From Candidatus Daviesbacteria bacterium (GTDB lineage: Bacteria > Patescibacteriota > Microgenomatia > Daviesbacterales > UBA10151): a stretch of 64,000 nucleotides of DNA. The DNA is taken from assembly GCA_016187025.1 (NCBI GenBank), contig JACPKM010000004.1, forward strand, positions 228,887 through 292,886, read 5' to 3'. The notes beneath the pieces were generated by a model that made no database searches, was not told where the DNA came from, and saw nothing but the letters and a program-made list of their open reading frames with translations. The translations under genes were made by a program, and so were the position numbers. This document shows positions 50,012-59,830 of this stretch, piece after piece (positions within the stretch are counted from its first letter, which is position 1; every line of letters begins with the position of its first letter).

Positions 50012-50473
50012 ATGAACAAGAAGATAGAGGGTACTTTTTTAAAGATTATTTCTGCTATCGCGCTTTTTATAATCTTTTTTGAGTTTACTATAGTCTTCTT
50101 AACCCCTCAAGCAAATGCTCAGTGTGCAGCAGGTACACCTGCTAATTTAACAGCTACTCCCGGTACCACCCCTGGCACAATGATGCTGAGATGGAATCAG
50201 GCAACCAGTGCCAACCGCTATGCCCTGGTTTTTGGCCATTCCAGTAGAAATTACAATATGGGGTCTTTAAATATAGATGGCGGGTCTGATACAACGTATA
50301 TGGTCACCCATCTTGTTCCAGGAAACAGGTATTTTTTCCAGGTATGGGCATTTTGTGATAACAACGGTCCAGCCACAGCTTCTAATGAAGTTTCTGCTAT
50401 GGTTCCTGGAACTGCTATTACAACAACCTCCACAGGTCCGATTGCTCAAGGACAAACTACAGTAGATCCATAG
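50012..50473 (+). CDS. Secreted fibronectin type III domain protein
   Basis: Signal peptide; PANLTATPG..LRW...Y.L.FG...YMVTHLVPGNRYFFQV...SNEVSA. Confidence 0.85.
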   Translation: MNKKIEGTFLKIISAIALFIIFFEFTIVFLTPQANAQCAAGTPANLTATPGTTPGTMMLRWNQATSANRYALVFGHSSRNYNMGSLNIDGGSDTTYMVTHLVPGNRYFFQVWAFCDNNGPATASNEVSAMVPGTAITTTSTGPIAQGQTTVDP

Positions 50474-50483
50474 CACTAAAGTG

Positions 50484-51224
50484 TTAAGGATTGTTTACTA
50501 TACCTACAAGTTTGACTTCAGGTTCTTTCTTGTCAGCATTTACCTCATAAACAGGTAAGCCTGTTGCTAAGTTTTCCAAAGTGGCATTAAGCTGCATATC
50601 TGAATATCTTTTAAACTCTTCAAATTTCAGGCCTTTTATTTGAAAGTTTTTCCATAATTTTTTTGTATACTCTTCATCCCGGGTTTTATCATAAACAAAA
50701 TACATTTGATCGGATTTAGAATCGTAATGGTTAACAGTTTTTTTACTACCAGTTATTACTAATACCCCCTTTTCTTTATGTGATCCTTCAAGTTCCACCA
50801 TGCTGTAGTATTTTCTATCTTCAAGTTTTAGTCTTAAATAAGTTAAAGCGAGTTTTACATCTTGTGGATTAACCTTGTACATCTGGGCTGTTTTAGGATC
50901 TGCAGCTTTGGCTATATGCCCACAGCCTATCGAAGCCAGATCATCAGGGTTGGCATGAGAGTCTGTGTGCATATTAAAAGTAATCCCCATTCTCTCAACA
51001 GCCTCGACTGCCTTATCTACTACCTTACCAATTGTTAATTTTAGCCTTTTTCTTAAAGCAAGAAGAGTCATAATCCCTCTAAAATTTCCTCCTGGACGGG
51101 CAAGCATCCCAGAGTATTTAGCAGGATATCTTCCATCCACACATATAAATCCCGTTTTAGAAGGGACAGTGTTTTGCCTAACATAGTCTATAACCTCATT
51201 AATATTAAAGTTCACCTTTGTCAT
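50484..51224 (-). CDS. Carbonic-anhydrase-like metalloprotein (CdCA/zeta-like motifs)
   Basis: CVDGR...PGG...HTD...GCGH. Confidence 0.7.
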   Translation of the reverse strand: MTKVNFNINEVIDYVRQNTVPSKTGFICVDGRYPAKYSGMLARPGGNFRGIMTLLALRKRLKLTIGKVVDKAVEAVERMGITFNMHTDSHANPDDLASIGCGHIAKAADPKTAQMYKVNPQDVKLALTYLRLKLEDRKYYSMVELEGSHKEKGVLVITGSKKTVNHYDSKSDQMYFVYDKTRDEEYTKKLWKNFQIKGLKFEEFKRYSDMQLNATLENLATGLPVYEVNADKKEPEVKLVGIVNNP

Positions 51225-51330
51225 AATCTAATATTATATACCAGATTACAAGTTGACTTATAGTGACAAAATACAATATATGGTGGTAGAATACCTACTT
51301 GCACAACAAGTGCTTTTTTATTGGATAAAT

Positions 51331-52086
51331 ATGTCTGGTGAACATACAGCGAAAACAGAGATGCTACGAGCGATAAGCTGGGCAGAAACAGGGGGAAATG
51401 ATCCATTAAGAGGTCTAGGAACCTTTCAAAGAAGATTCGATTCTCTACCGGATAGAGGTAGGGCATTCTCTTTACAAGATCAAATTCTGCGATGTATCGA
51501 CGAAGGTACTGTGGGAGGTGTACATTTAGCAGGTTCGGGGTTGTTTTATCGGGATAAGATCGGATCAGATTTTAGAGGTAGAGTCCATGGAGTATATAGC
51601 CACGAAGGTTGTGGGGCAGCCAAGCTTTTTGCCCAAACACATGGCATTCAAGTAGAGAATACAGACGGAGTTGGAGACCAAGAAGCAAAAGAAATAGCTG
51701 GAATTTTACAAGTGCCCTATCTTGGGAGAATTCCAGCTGAAGGAATGATGAGACCTAGAGAAATTCATGTTGCAAGGGCAGTTTACTATGTAGGAAGCAG
51801 AGAATTTGACCCAGCAGCAATCAATCTTCCTCCTGGATTTGTCATTAACAGGGAGATGATATCTGATGCCAGCTATGCACTCGCAGAAGTAGAGTTAGCA
51901 ACTCAGATCGCTCAAGGGGAACATGGTTTCGGAGATAGCTTTACCGGAGAAACCCCACTTTTTATAGTAGCAGTTTCTGATAGAAAGACACACTCAGTTC
52001 CTTTAGAAAGATTGGCGGAAGAATTAACTGATTTATCTAAGAGGCTTCGTGCAGTAGAGTTAGATACTATACAGTTTTCAGCTTAG
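51331..52086 (+). CDS. Carbonic-anhydrase-like protein (CxD...HxxCG)
   Basis: RCIDEG..HLAGSG..SHEGCGAA; ATG 51331 taken as start. Confidence 0.6.
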   Translation: MSGEHTAKTEMLRAISWAETGGNDPLRGLGTFQRRFDSLPDRGRAFSLQDQILRCIDEGTVGGVHLAGSGLFYRDKIGSDFRGRVHGVYSHEGCGAAKLFAQTHGIQVENTDGVGDQEAKEIAGILQVPYLGRIPAEGMMRPREIHVARAVYYVGSREFDPAAINLPPGFVINREMISDASYALAEVELATQIAQGEHGFGDSFTGETPLFIVAVSDRKTHSVPLERLAEELTDLSKRLRAVELDTIQFSA

Positions 52087-52633
52087 TTTTCAATACATCT
52101 ATTATTTCTGGAAATTCTCTTTTTACTCTGGGGTAGCCAAAATGTCCTTGATCCTTAAACTCATAATACTGTGTAGTTAGCTTTTCATGAATATACCTTG
52201 CTTCTTCTATTGGTATGAATGGATCATCAGCTGAATGAAATTGCACAATCCATTTTTGGTTATGTTTAATTTTTTTCCAATTCCAAACTTTATCATAATA
52301 TCCACTAATTTTTTCTGACTTCAATCCTAAATCTGTATAGCATGCTGATACTAAGATAGACCCTAAGATTTGATGTTTTTCAGCATATCTCAAAGCAGCT
52401 ACTGCCCCTGATGAATGGCCTATCAATATAGTATTCTCATCAGCTTCAAGCTTTTTTAAAAAAGGTAACCAATATTTTGCCCGGGCCTTTATTGGATCAG
52501 GAAAATTTTGGGAAATAACTTGCAAATTTAGTTTTTCTAATTTTCTTTTTAAATACGGGAACCATCCTTTGGGATCATTTACATCTCCCCCACCGTTTCC
52601 GTGGACAAATATAACCTTAATAAACTTGCTCAT
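52067..52633 (-). CDS. RBBP9/YdeN-family alpha/beta hydrolase
   Basis: IFVHGNGG, LIGHSSGA, HSADDPFIP, GHF. Confidence 0.9.
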   Translation of the reverse strand: MSKFIKVIFVHGNGGGDVNDPKGWFPYLKRKLEKLNLQVISQNFPDPIKARAKYWLPFLKKLEADENTILIGHSSGAVAALRYAEKHQILGSILVSACYTDLGLKSEKISGYYDKVWNWKKIKHNQKWIVQFHSADDPFIPIEEARYIHEKLTTQYYEFKDQGHFGYPRVKREFPEIIDVLKTKLKTV

Positions 52634-53057
52634 CTATAAAATATTCCAAATCTTCTCTTATGCCCCGGTGATCAATCAAGTCTAGCGCAGCATCAGGCGT
52701 GACCCATTTATATTCTGTATGCTCATCAGAAAGGGTAACATTATCATCGCTGCCTTCAATTTTTGCCCAATAAACTACCCCAACCACCTCATTATCTGCA
52801 TCCTTCTCGCCCCTCATAAAAGAAAATACCTTAAGTGGTTTGATAATCTCTATCTCCAACCGTGTTTCTTCCCGGACTTCCCTTTTTAAGCCTTCAACTG
52901 GGTTTTCAAACTGTTTAATTCTCCCCATTGGATACTCCCAAATCTCAGGTTTATAGTCGTTGTCGTTTGATCTTTTAACCAAAAGTATTTGACCTAGCTC
53001 ATTTTCTATAATTGCACCCATTGCAACCATAAATCTTCCTTCGTCTACATTTGACAT
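52617..53057 (-). CDS. NUDIX hydrolase
   Basis: WEYPMGRIKQFENPVEGLKREVREET; LSDEHTEYKWV; ATG 53057. Confidence 0.88.
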   Translation of the reverse strand: MSNVDEGRFMVAMGAIIENELGQILLVKRSNDNDYKPEIWEYPMGRIKQFENPVEGLKREVREETRLEIEIIKPLKVFSFMRGEKDADNEVVGVVYWAKIEGSDDNVTLSDEHTEYKWVTPDAALDLIDHRGIREDLEYFIDEQVY

Positions 53058-53094
53058 GTCGTAATTTTCCCATCTTGTAGGTATAATATCAACT

Positions 53095-53505
53095 ATGAGC
53101 ACTCTTCAGCTAAAAATAGTGACTCCAGAAAAAGAGGTATTTAGTGATTTAGTCAATCAAGTGAGCCTTCCTTCTTCTGAGGGTGAGCTTGGGATACTTC
53201 CCCACCATGCTGCATTGATGGCAAAGCTTGTTCCAGGTGAGTTAAAGATAAAAAGAGGAGATAAAACAGATGTCCTAGCTGTTGGCGGAGGCTTTTTGCA
53301 GATGGCGGACAATACTTTGACTATTATGACTGATCTGGCTGTTGAGGAAAAAGACATAGATGAAGAGGTGGTGGAAGAAGCTAAGAAACGTGCCGAACAA
53401 GCTTTAGAGCAGACATTATCTGCTGAGGAATATGCAGAAACTTTGGCTATCCTAGAAAAATCCCTTGCTCAGCTAAAGATAAAAAGAAGGCACCGTGTCA
53501 GATAA
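53095..53505 (+). CDS. atpC: ATP synthase F1 subunit epsilon
   Basis: LKIVTPEK...GELGILPHH...VGGGFL; TATAAT at 53082-53087. Confidence 0.97.
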   Translation: MSTLQLKIVTPEKEVFSDLVNQVSLPSSEGELGILPHHAALMAKLVPGELKIKRGDKTDVLAVGGGFLQMADNTLTIMTDLAVEEKDIDEEVVEEAKKRAEQALEQTLSAEEYAETLAILEKSLAQLKIKRRHRVR

Positions 53506-53550
53506 ATTATTACTTGACTTGTCTAATATATTGTAGCCATAATAATATTA

Positions 53551-53703
53551 ATGGCTAAAAAAGATTATCACTCCGGATCCTTGTCAGTAACAATTAACCA
53601 ATTGCTCGGAAAAATAGAATTTAGGAAAAGTAGTTACTTTGCTTTTGCTGCATCGTTTCTTCTTACATTTATGGCAGTAGTTTTATCCCGCCTTATCCAT
53701 TAA
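53551..53703 (+). CDS. Small membrane protein (50 aa), below ORF-track cutoff
   Basis: MAKKDYHSGSLSVTINQLLGKIEFRKSSYFAFAASFLLTFMAVVLSRLIH*; TTGACT...CATAAT upstream. Confidence 0.45.
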   Translation: MAKKDYHSGSLSVTINQLLGKIEFRKSSYFAFAASFLLTFMAVVLSRLIH

Positions 53704-53804
53704 CTTTTTTTACTTCCTGAATTATTAGCTTGCTTTCTTGTTTTGCGTGTGTAATTAGAAGTTGGATCGTGGGGACAAATTTAGGTATAATATTTAGGTT
53801 GTAA

Positions 53805-53886
53805 CCGGAGGTGGCAGAGTAGTCAATTGCACCAGACTGTAAATCTGGCGGGTTTCCCTTCGAAGGTGCGAATCCTTCCCTCCGGA
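53805..53886 (+). tRNA. tRNA-Tyr (GTA), C1-G72, with variable arm; CCA not encoded
   Basis: CCGGAGG/CCTCCGG acceptor, CCAGA-CTGTAAA-TCTGG anticodon arm, GAAGG-TGCGAAT-CCTTC T arm, A73. Confidence 0.93.
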
Positions 53887-53913
53887 CACCGGATTAGTTA
53901 TAATCTATTAATT

Positions 53914-56475
53914 ATGGTACAACATTCCTGGAAAGCCAGGAAAGAGTTTTCAAGAGTTTGGAAGTTTAAATTCCTCTCTAATCTTTCCACCAGTCTTTTA
54001 ATAGTAATCCTTGTTGGGATATTAAGCTTTTTTGGAATTATTGTATTTTTTGCTACCCAAATTCCTTCTCCTGATAATCTGTCAAGCAGATCTGTTGCCA
54101 AAGCAACCAAAATCTTTGATAAAGATGGAGAGCTTTTATACGATATTTACCAAGACGAAAACCGTACACCTATCAAACTTGATGAAATTCCAGATTATGT
54201 TACAGAGGCAACAATTGCCATTGAAGATAAAGACTTTTATAAACATCCTGGTTTTTCCATTGTTGGTATAGCCAGAGCTTCTTTTGACTCGCTTTTGAAC
54301 AGGAGAATAGAAGGCGGAGGTTCTACGCTAACCCAGCAGCTAGTTAAAAACGCCCTGCTTTCCGGAGAAAGAACATTAACCCGTAAGCTAAAAGAGTTTA
54401 TTTTGGCAATTCAGGTTGAAAGAGCTTATTCTAAGGACCAGATATTGGAAATGTATTTAAATGAGATTGCGTATGGTGGAACAGCCTATGGAATAGAAGC
54501 TGCAGCTAATTTATATTTTGGCAAAAGTGCAAAAGATTTAAATTTGGCAGAAGCTGCACTTTTGGCAGGTTTACCACAAAGGCCGTCTGTTTACTCCCCG
54601 TATGGGACAAAACCAGAACTTTCCCGTGTCAGGCAAAAAGAGGTGTTAAGAAGAATGGCTGAGGACGGATATATTTCCCATGCGCAAGCAGATGAGGCAG
54701 CAAAACAAGATTTGTCTTATAGAACCTCTCAGAGTGAACAGGGTTTTAAAGCGCCCCACTTTGTTTTATATGTTAAACAAAAATTAATTGAGCAGTTTGG
54801 AGATAAACTGGTTGAACAGGGAGGTTTAAGGGTAACAACAACCCTTGATTTTAAGCTTCAAGAAAAGGTTCAAGAAATTGTCAAAGAAGAAATTGAAAAA
54901 ATAAAAAGTAATAAAGTGGGAAATGGTGCAGCTGTGGTAATGGATGCAAAAACAGGACAGATTTTGGCGATGGTAGGTAGTAAAGATTATTTTGGCGAGT
55001 CTGAACCTGAAGAATGTGTTGAGGGTTTGTCCTGTGTTTTTGAACCTAATGTTAATGCAGCTATTTCTTTAAGGCAGCCAGGATCTGCCACCAAGCCTAT
55101 TACCTATGCTAAGTCTTTTGAAAAGGGATATACCGCAAACTCCACTATTTTGGATGTTAAAACAGAATTTCCCGGAGGAGCAGATAACCCTAACTATATT
55201 CCGGTAAACTATGATGGCCAGTATCATGGTCCTGTTCAGGTAAGGTACGCCTTGGGAAACTCATATAATATTCCAGCTGTCAAAATGCTTGCTTTGGTAG
55301 GAGTAAAAGATGTCATGGATTTGGCATATAGAATGGGAGTGAGTTCCTGGGAGCCATCAACAGAAAATGTGAACTCGGTTGGACTCAGTTTGACATTAGG
55401 AGGAAGAGAGTTAAGACTTTTGGATTTGGTTTCTGCTTATAGTGTTTTTGCAAGTAAAGGTGAACAGCATGATCCGATATCTATACTCAAAGTAACAGAC
55501 CACACAGGTAAGGTTTTATTTGAATATAAACCAACTGAGGGAAGAAAGGTGCTAGATTCAGGTATAGCCTACATCATCTCTGATATTTTATCAGATAACG
55601 GTGCAAGAACTGCAGCTTTTGGCTCCAACTCTATTTTAAATATTCCCGGAAAAACAGTAGCAGTCAAAACTGGTACTACTGATGAAAAAAGAGATAATTG
55701 GACAGTAGGATATACCCCGTCTATTGTAGTGGGTGTTTGGGTTGGTAACAATGATAATACCCCACTCGATCCAAAAATTGCCTCAGGTGTAACTGGTGCT
55801 TCCCCTATCTGGAATAAAGTCATCAGGGAGGCAATAAAAGACAAACCTAATGAAAGTTTTGAAAAGCCCTCGCATGTAGCGCAAGTTGAGGTGGATGGAC
55901 TGATGCCAGGAAAACCCCATGGCGGCTCTCCGACCAGGAAAGAATATTTCATTGGTGGTACAGAACCAAATAGTGAATCATCTGCATATCAGCGGGTAAA
56001 AGTCTGTAGGAGTAATCCTCACAGACTGGCAAATGATGGTGAAGAGGCTGATGATAAAGATACGGTAGTTTTAAAAGAAGATGACCCAACAGGTGCTAAT
56101 AAATGGCAAAAAGGGATTGATGATTGGGTTTTGACTGCTACTGATGCCAGGTTGGTTGGTGCTACAAAAGGATGCTCTGGTATTCCTGGATTTAGTGCAG
56201 GGACAGGTGGAGCTATAGAAATAGTAAATGTGGGAAATGGGGCAAATGTACCAAGAGTGTTTGATGTTTTAGCAAAAACCAATTCTCCAGCTGGTGTTAA
56301 AAAGGTTACTTGGAGTGTTGATGGAGCTCAGAAGTCCACTCAAACCTCAGAACCATTTGCTCTGCATGTGGAGTTTCCACCAGGAGATAAAGGTTCGCAC
56401 ACAATTACTGTGACACTTGAGGATAATAATGGAGCCCAACACTCAACCTCAATTGGAGTAACAGCCTCTCTTTAA
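53914..56475 (+). CDS. Class A penicillin-binding protein (PBP1A family) with C-terminal Ig-like domain
   Basis: EDKDFYKH, GGSTLTQQLVKN, RKLKE; SATK, SYN, KTGT; ATG 53914 because the longer ORF start lies within the tRNA. Confidence 0.96.
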   Translation: MVQHSWKARKEFSRVWKFKFLSNLSTSLLIVILVGILSFFGIIVFFATQIPSPDNLSSRSVAKATKIFDKDGELLYDIYQDENRTPIKLDEIPDYVTEATIAIEDKDFYKHPGFSIVGIARASFDSLLNRRIEGGGSTLTQQLVKNALLSGERTLTRKLKEFILAIQVERAYSKDQILEMYLNEIAYGGTAYGIEAAANLYFGKSAKDLNLAEAALLAGLPQRPSVYSPYGTKPELSRVRQKEVLRRMAEDGYISHAQADEAAKQDLSYRTSQSEQGFKAPHFVLYVKQKLIEQFGDKLVEQGGLRVTTTLDFKLQEKVQEIVKEEIEKIKSNKVGNGAAVVMDAKTGQILAMVGSKDYFGESEPEECVEGLSCVFEPNVNAAISLRQPGSATKPITYAKSFEKGYTANSTILDVKTEFPGGADNPNYIPVNYDGQYHGPVQVRYALGNSYNIPAVKMLALVGVKDVMDLAYRMGVSSWEPSTENVNSVGLSLTLGGRELRLLDLVSAYSVFASKGEQHDPISILKVTDHTGKVLFEYKPTEGRKVLDSGIAYIISDILSDNGARTAAFGSNSILNIPGKTVAVKTGTTDEKRDNWTVGYTPSIVVGVWVGNNDNTPLDPKIASGVTGASPIWNKVIREAIKDKPNESFEKPSHVAQVEVDGLMPGKPHGGSPTRKEYFIGGTEPNSESSAYQRVKVCRSNPHRLANDGEEADDKDTVVLKEDDPTGANKWQKGIDDWVLTATDARLVGATKGCSGIPGFSAGTGGAIEIVNVGNGANVPRVFDVLAKTNSPAGVKKVTWSVDGAQKSTQTSEPFALHVEFPPGDKGSHTITVTLEDNNGAQHSTSIGVTASL

Positions 56476-58169
56476 GAAAAAGCAGTTAAGTCTATTTCTA
56501 ACATTGCCACTCTTTTGTCTATCCCCATTTTATTTAAGAATCTGGGATGGACTTCGGCTAAAAAACCTATTTGCTTACTGTGTTTTTCAACAGAGGCAAA
56601 TCTTTTAGGGTGAAACGTATTTGTATTTACAGAAGCCTCTTTTAGTTCAGATTCTGAAATGAGTTTAGAATTAAGCAGTATGGAGATCAACTCTTCTATC
56701 GGATTATCAGATCCGTTCATTAAAGCAACACTTAATCTATAGCCTTCATTTGGCAAATCACCCAGTTTAGGGGAATACACCTTGCCTATTTCAAAAATGG
56801 CTATATCTTTAAAGCCTTGTCTTGTATTCCTATCAATTACTTCCAGTAAATTAGGCCAAATACTTTCTCTTAAATACTCGGTTTCCAAAGACATGGGATT
56901 AGCAATCCGGATAAGCTTACTTTTATCCTGGTCTGGGTTATTTAAAACTCTGGTTGAATAAAAAGAATAGGTTTGTATTTCTGTTAGGCCTAAGTTTACG
57001 AGGGTATCTTTTACGATTTTTATTTGGTTAAATAGTTTTTGAGTCGTTTGAAGTTTGTAGTTACCGGATAAGGCTTTTGCCGGAATTTTTTCATAACCAT
57101 AAAGCCTGGCTACCTCTTCTATTAAATCTTCTTCAATGTTTATATCTAACCTCCAGTATGGCACTGTTACATCCCAAACTACATTCCCACTTACGATGTG
57201 GGAATGTAGTTTAAAGTATAGCCTTGATAGATACTTCTCAACTTGTTTTTCATCAAAGTTTATCCCCACTAAGGCATTTAATTTATCTAAAGAAAGATTA
57301 ATTACCCTTTGCTGATTTTCAAAGTTATCAACAATGGATATAGCAGTTAACTTCCCGTCTAGCTCCCGATAAATCCTGATAGCTGCATTTAAAGCTTGCA
57401 GCAGCCTGAGTTTAGTTAAACCATGCTGAAATCTTTTACCGGCCTCAGATGGTAAGCCTAAACTGGTTACAGTTTGCCTTAAGTTGATAGGATCAAAAAT
57501 TGCCGCTTCAAGCAGAATTGTTGATGTGTCTGCTGTTACTTCACTATTTTGTCCTCCCATAACTCCGGCCAACCCCAGAGCTTTTTTAGAATCAGCGATT
57601 AGGAGGTCGTTTTTGGATAACTTTCTTTTTTTACCATCCAAAGTCACAAGCTCTTCACCATTTTTTGCAGTCCTGACAATGATCTCTTCATTTTCTACCT
57701 CCTTGGCATCGAATGCATGTAGAGGCTGACCGTATTCCAGCATCACCAGATTGGTAATATCTGCAATATTGTTTACAGATCTCATTCCACTATCTTCTAA
57801 TTTTTTTACCCACTCTGCCGGGGATTTTTCTACCTTTAACCCTTCTATTTTGGCAATGCAATAAAACGGGCAAAGCTTTGAATCTAAAACGTCAACCGGT
57901 ACTTGTGGTAAGCTTTCCTGATTCCAGACGAATTTAGCCTCCTGTAGCTCGCTAAACAAGGTGTTTGAGCCTAAAGTAGCACCTACCTCATAAGCCACGC
58001 CCCTTAAGGATAAGAGGTCTGCCCGGTTATAACCTTTCATGTCCAACTCAATATAGTTTTGGGTAGCTTCTTTTAAACCAATAGTCCTAAGAGGTAATAA
58101 ACGGATAAGTTCTTCAATGGGAACTTTCAGGTCAACTAATTCTTTTAGCCAGTCTATCGATATTTTCAT
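56472..58169 (-). CDS. pheT: Phenylalanine--tRNA ligase beta subunit (compact form)
   Basis: NRADLLS.RGVA, GQPLHAFD, EEDLIEEVARLYGY, IFEIGKVY; 565 aa. Confidence 0.95.
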   Translation of the reverse strand: MKISIDWLKELVDLKVPIEELIRLLPLRTIGLKEATQNYIELDMKGYNRADLLSLRGVAYEVGATLGSNTLFSELQEAKFVWNQESLPQVPVDVLDSKLCPFYCIAKIEGLKVEKSPAEWVKKLEDSGMRSVNNIADITNLVMLEYGQPLHAFDAKEVENEEIIVRTAKNGEELVTLDGKKRKLSKNDLLIADSKKALGLAGVMGGQNSEVTADTSTILLEAAIFDPINLRQTVTSLGLPSEAGKRFQHGLTKLRLLQALNAAIRIYRELDGKLTAISIVDNFENQQRVINLSLDKLNALVGINFDEKQVEKYLSRLYFKLHSHIVSGNVVWDVTVPYWRLDINIEEDLIEEVARLYGYEKIPAKALSGNYKLQTTQKLFNQIKIVKDTLVNLGLTEIQTYSFYSTRVLNNPDQDKSKLIRIANPMSLETEYLRESIWPNLLEVIDRNTRQGFKDIAIFEIGKVYSPKLGDLPNEGYRLSVALMNGSDNPIEELISILLNSKLISESELKEASVNTNTFHPKRFASVEKHSKQIGFLAEVHPRFLNKMGIDKRVAMLEIDLTAFS

Positions 58170-58173
58170 AATA

Positions 58174-59220
58174 TTAATACTTCTCCAAAAACTTTAAGTC
58201 TCCGCTTTTAAACAAACGGATATCTTCAACCCCGTACTTTAACATGGCCATTCTTTCAGGTCCTACTCCCCAGGCAATGCCTGAATATTCATTTGGGTCT
58301 ATTCCCCCATTTTTTAAAACCTGCGGATGAATCATGCCTGCGCCTGCCAGTTCCAGCCAACCTGTGCCACCGCAAACATTACAACCCTTTCCTTTGCAGA
58401 AAATGCAAAGACCGTCTACCCCTGCACCCGGCTCTACAAAAGGATAATATTTTGGCCGCAGTCTGGCTTTGATGTCTTTTCCTAAAATACCCTGGAAAAA
58501 GTACTCTGAAAGGTATTGCAAATTAGCCATACTAACGCCTTTATCTATATATACAATCTCAAATTGTTCCAAAGTATGTTCGTGTCTGGCATCTAAATTT
58601 TCATATCTAAAACAGCGGTCAAAAATCATAACTCTCATAGGGGGTTTTAATTGCCTCATTGCTCTGATTTGGCCATTTGAAGTATGAGTTCTAAGCAGTA
58701 GTTTCCCAGGCTGGATGCCGTATTTTTCAGAGTCTATATATAAAGTATCCCAAAGATCTCGGGCCGGGTGCCCTTCAGGGATATTTAAAAGTTCAAAGTT
58801 ATATTCATCAGTGTCAATATGAGGAGCATCAAATCTTTCAAAACCTAACTTGGAAAATAGCTCTATAGTTTCATTTAAAAGCTGAGTTGTGGGATGTAAA
58901 TGGCCTTGGCGTTTTTTAGCCTGCAACCTTCCAGGTTGACGCACAAACTTTTCATTTTCTAAAGATTTGTATATTTCTTCTTTAACTTCTTCTCGCTTTC
59001 TCTGGATGGCTTTTTCCAGCTCCTGCTTTATTTGGTTAAATAACGGGCTGACAACTCTTAGTTTATCTGGGGATAAGTTCTTGAACTCCTTGGGTAGTTG
59101 GTCCAACTTTCCATTTTTCCCAAAAAGCTCCAAGAAAATCCCATCAAGTTCCTTTAAGCTTTTGGCCTGATCTATTTTTTCTTTATAGTCCTGTTGGATA
59201 TTTTTAATCTTATCTTCCAC
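58174..59220 (-). CDS. pheS: Phenylalanine--tRNA ligase alpha subunit
   Basis: HPARDLWDT, LLRTHTS, YPFVEPG, GAGMIHP, GPERMAML. Confidence 0.97.
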   Translation of the reverse strand: MEDKIKNIQQDYKEKIDQAKSLKELDGIFLELFGKNGKLDQLPKEFKNLSPDKLRVVSPLFNQIKQELEKAIQRKREEVKEEIYKSLENEKFVRQPGRLQAKKRQGHLHPTTQLLNETIELFSKLGFERFDAPHIDTDEYNFELLNIPEGHPARDLWDTLYIDSEKYGIQPGKLLLRTHTSNGQIRAMRQLKPPMRVMIFDRCFRYENLDARHEHTLEQFEIVYIDKGVSMANLQYLSEYFFQGILGKDIKARLRPKYYPFVEPGAGVDGLCIFCKGKGCNVCGGTGWLELAGAGMIHPQVLKNGGIDPNEYSGIAWGVGPERMAMLKYGVEDIRLFKSGDLKFLEKY

Positions 59221-59273
59221 AAATTTGATTCTAGCATAAGAGGGAAGGTTTGGACTAGGCTGGAAGTTTAAGT

Positions 59274-59624
59274 TTAGGATTTAGAGGTTTCTACTACGAC
59301 TTTTTCAAACTCTTCTGGATGGTTTATAGCCAAGTCAGCAAGGATTTTGCGGTCCAGGTTAATGTTTTTTGCCTTTAGTGAAGCTATAAAGCGTGAATAA
59401 CTTATGCCTTGAGCTCTAACTGCATTTCCAAGCTGGACTATCCATAGTTTTCTCATATCTCTTTTTCTCAATTTTCTACCTGCAAAAGCGTACTCTCCCG
59501 CATGTAGTACAGAAGATTTGGCCTCCCTGATAAGCTTACTGCGGCCACCTCTATAGCCCTTTGCTAAATTGAGTATCTTTTTATGTTTTCTGTGTGATGT
59601 TACACCACGTTTTATTCTTGCCAT
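59274..59624 (-). CDS. rplT: 50S ribosomal protein L20
   Basis: MARIKRGV...AKGYRG...LDRKILADLA. Confidence 0.98.
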   Translation of the reverse strand: MARIKRGVTSHRKHKKILNLAKGYRGGRSKLIREAKSSVLHAGEYAFAGRKLRKRDMRKLWIVQLGNAVRAQGISYSRFIASLKAKNINLDRKILADLAINHPEEFEKVVVETSKS

Positions 59625-59625
59625 A

Positions 59626-59829
59626 TTATGCTCCCAGCAACTTTTTTATTGTTCTTGCCTCACCTTTAAATAAAGTCACAACTTTTTTGTGTCTTTCTAG
59701 TGCACCTTTGGTTTTATTTCTTTTTAAATGACCACTGCCTAGCTGATGCCGCCTGAGGATCTTACCTGTTGTGGTTACTTTAAACCTTTTCGTAAATGCT
59801 TTTTTAGTTTTTTGTTTTGAGTGAGACAT
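59626..59829 (-). CDS. rpmI: 50S ribosomal protein L35
   Basis: KTKKAFTKRFKVTTTGKI; between infC and rplT. Confidence 0.95.
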   Translation of the reverse strand: MSHSKQKTKKAFTKRFKVTTTGKILRRHQLGSGHLKRNKTKGALERHKKVVTLFKGEARTIKKLLGA

Positions 59830-59830
59830 A

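Noticed and set aside
53827-53913. Longer N-terminus of the PBP in the ORF track
   Set aside because: Overlaps tRNA-Tyr; ATG 53914 has its own TATAAT
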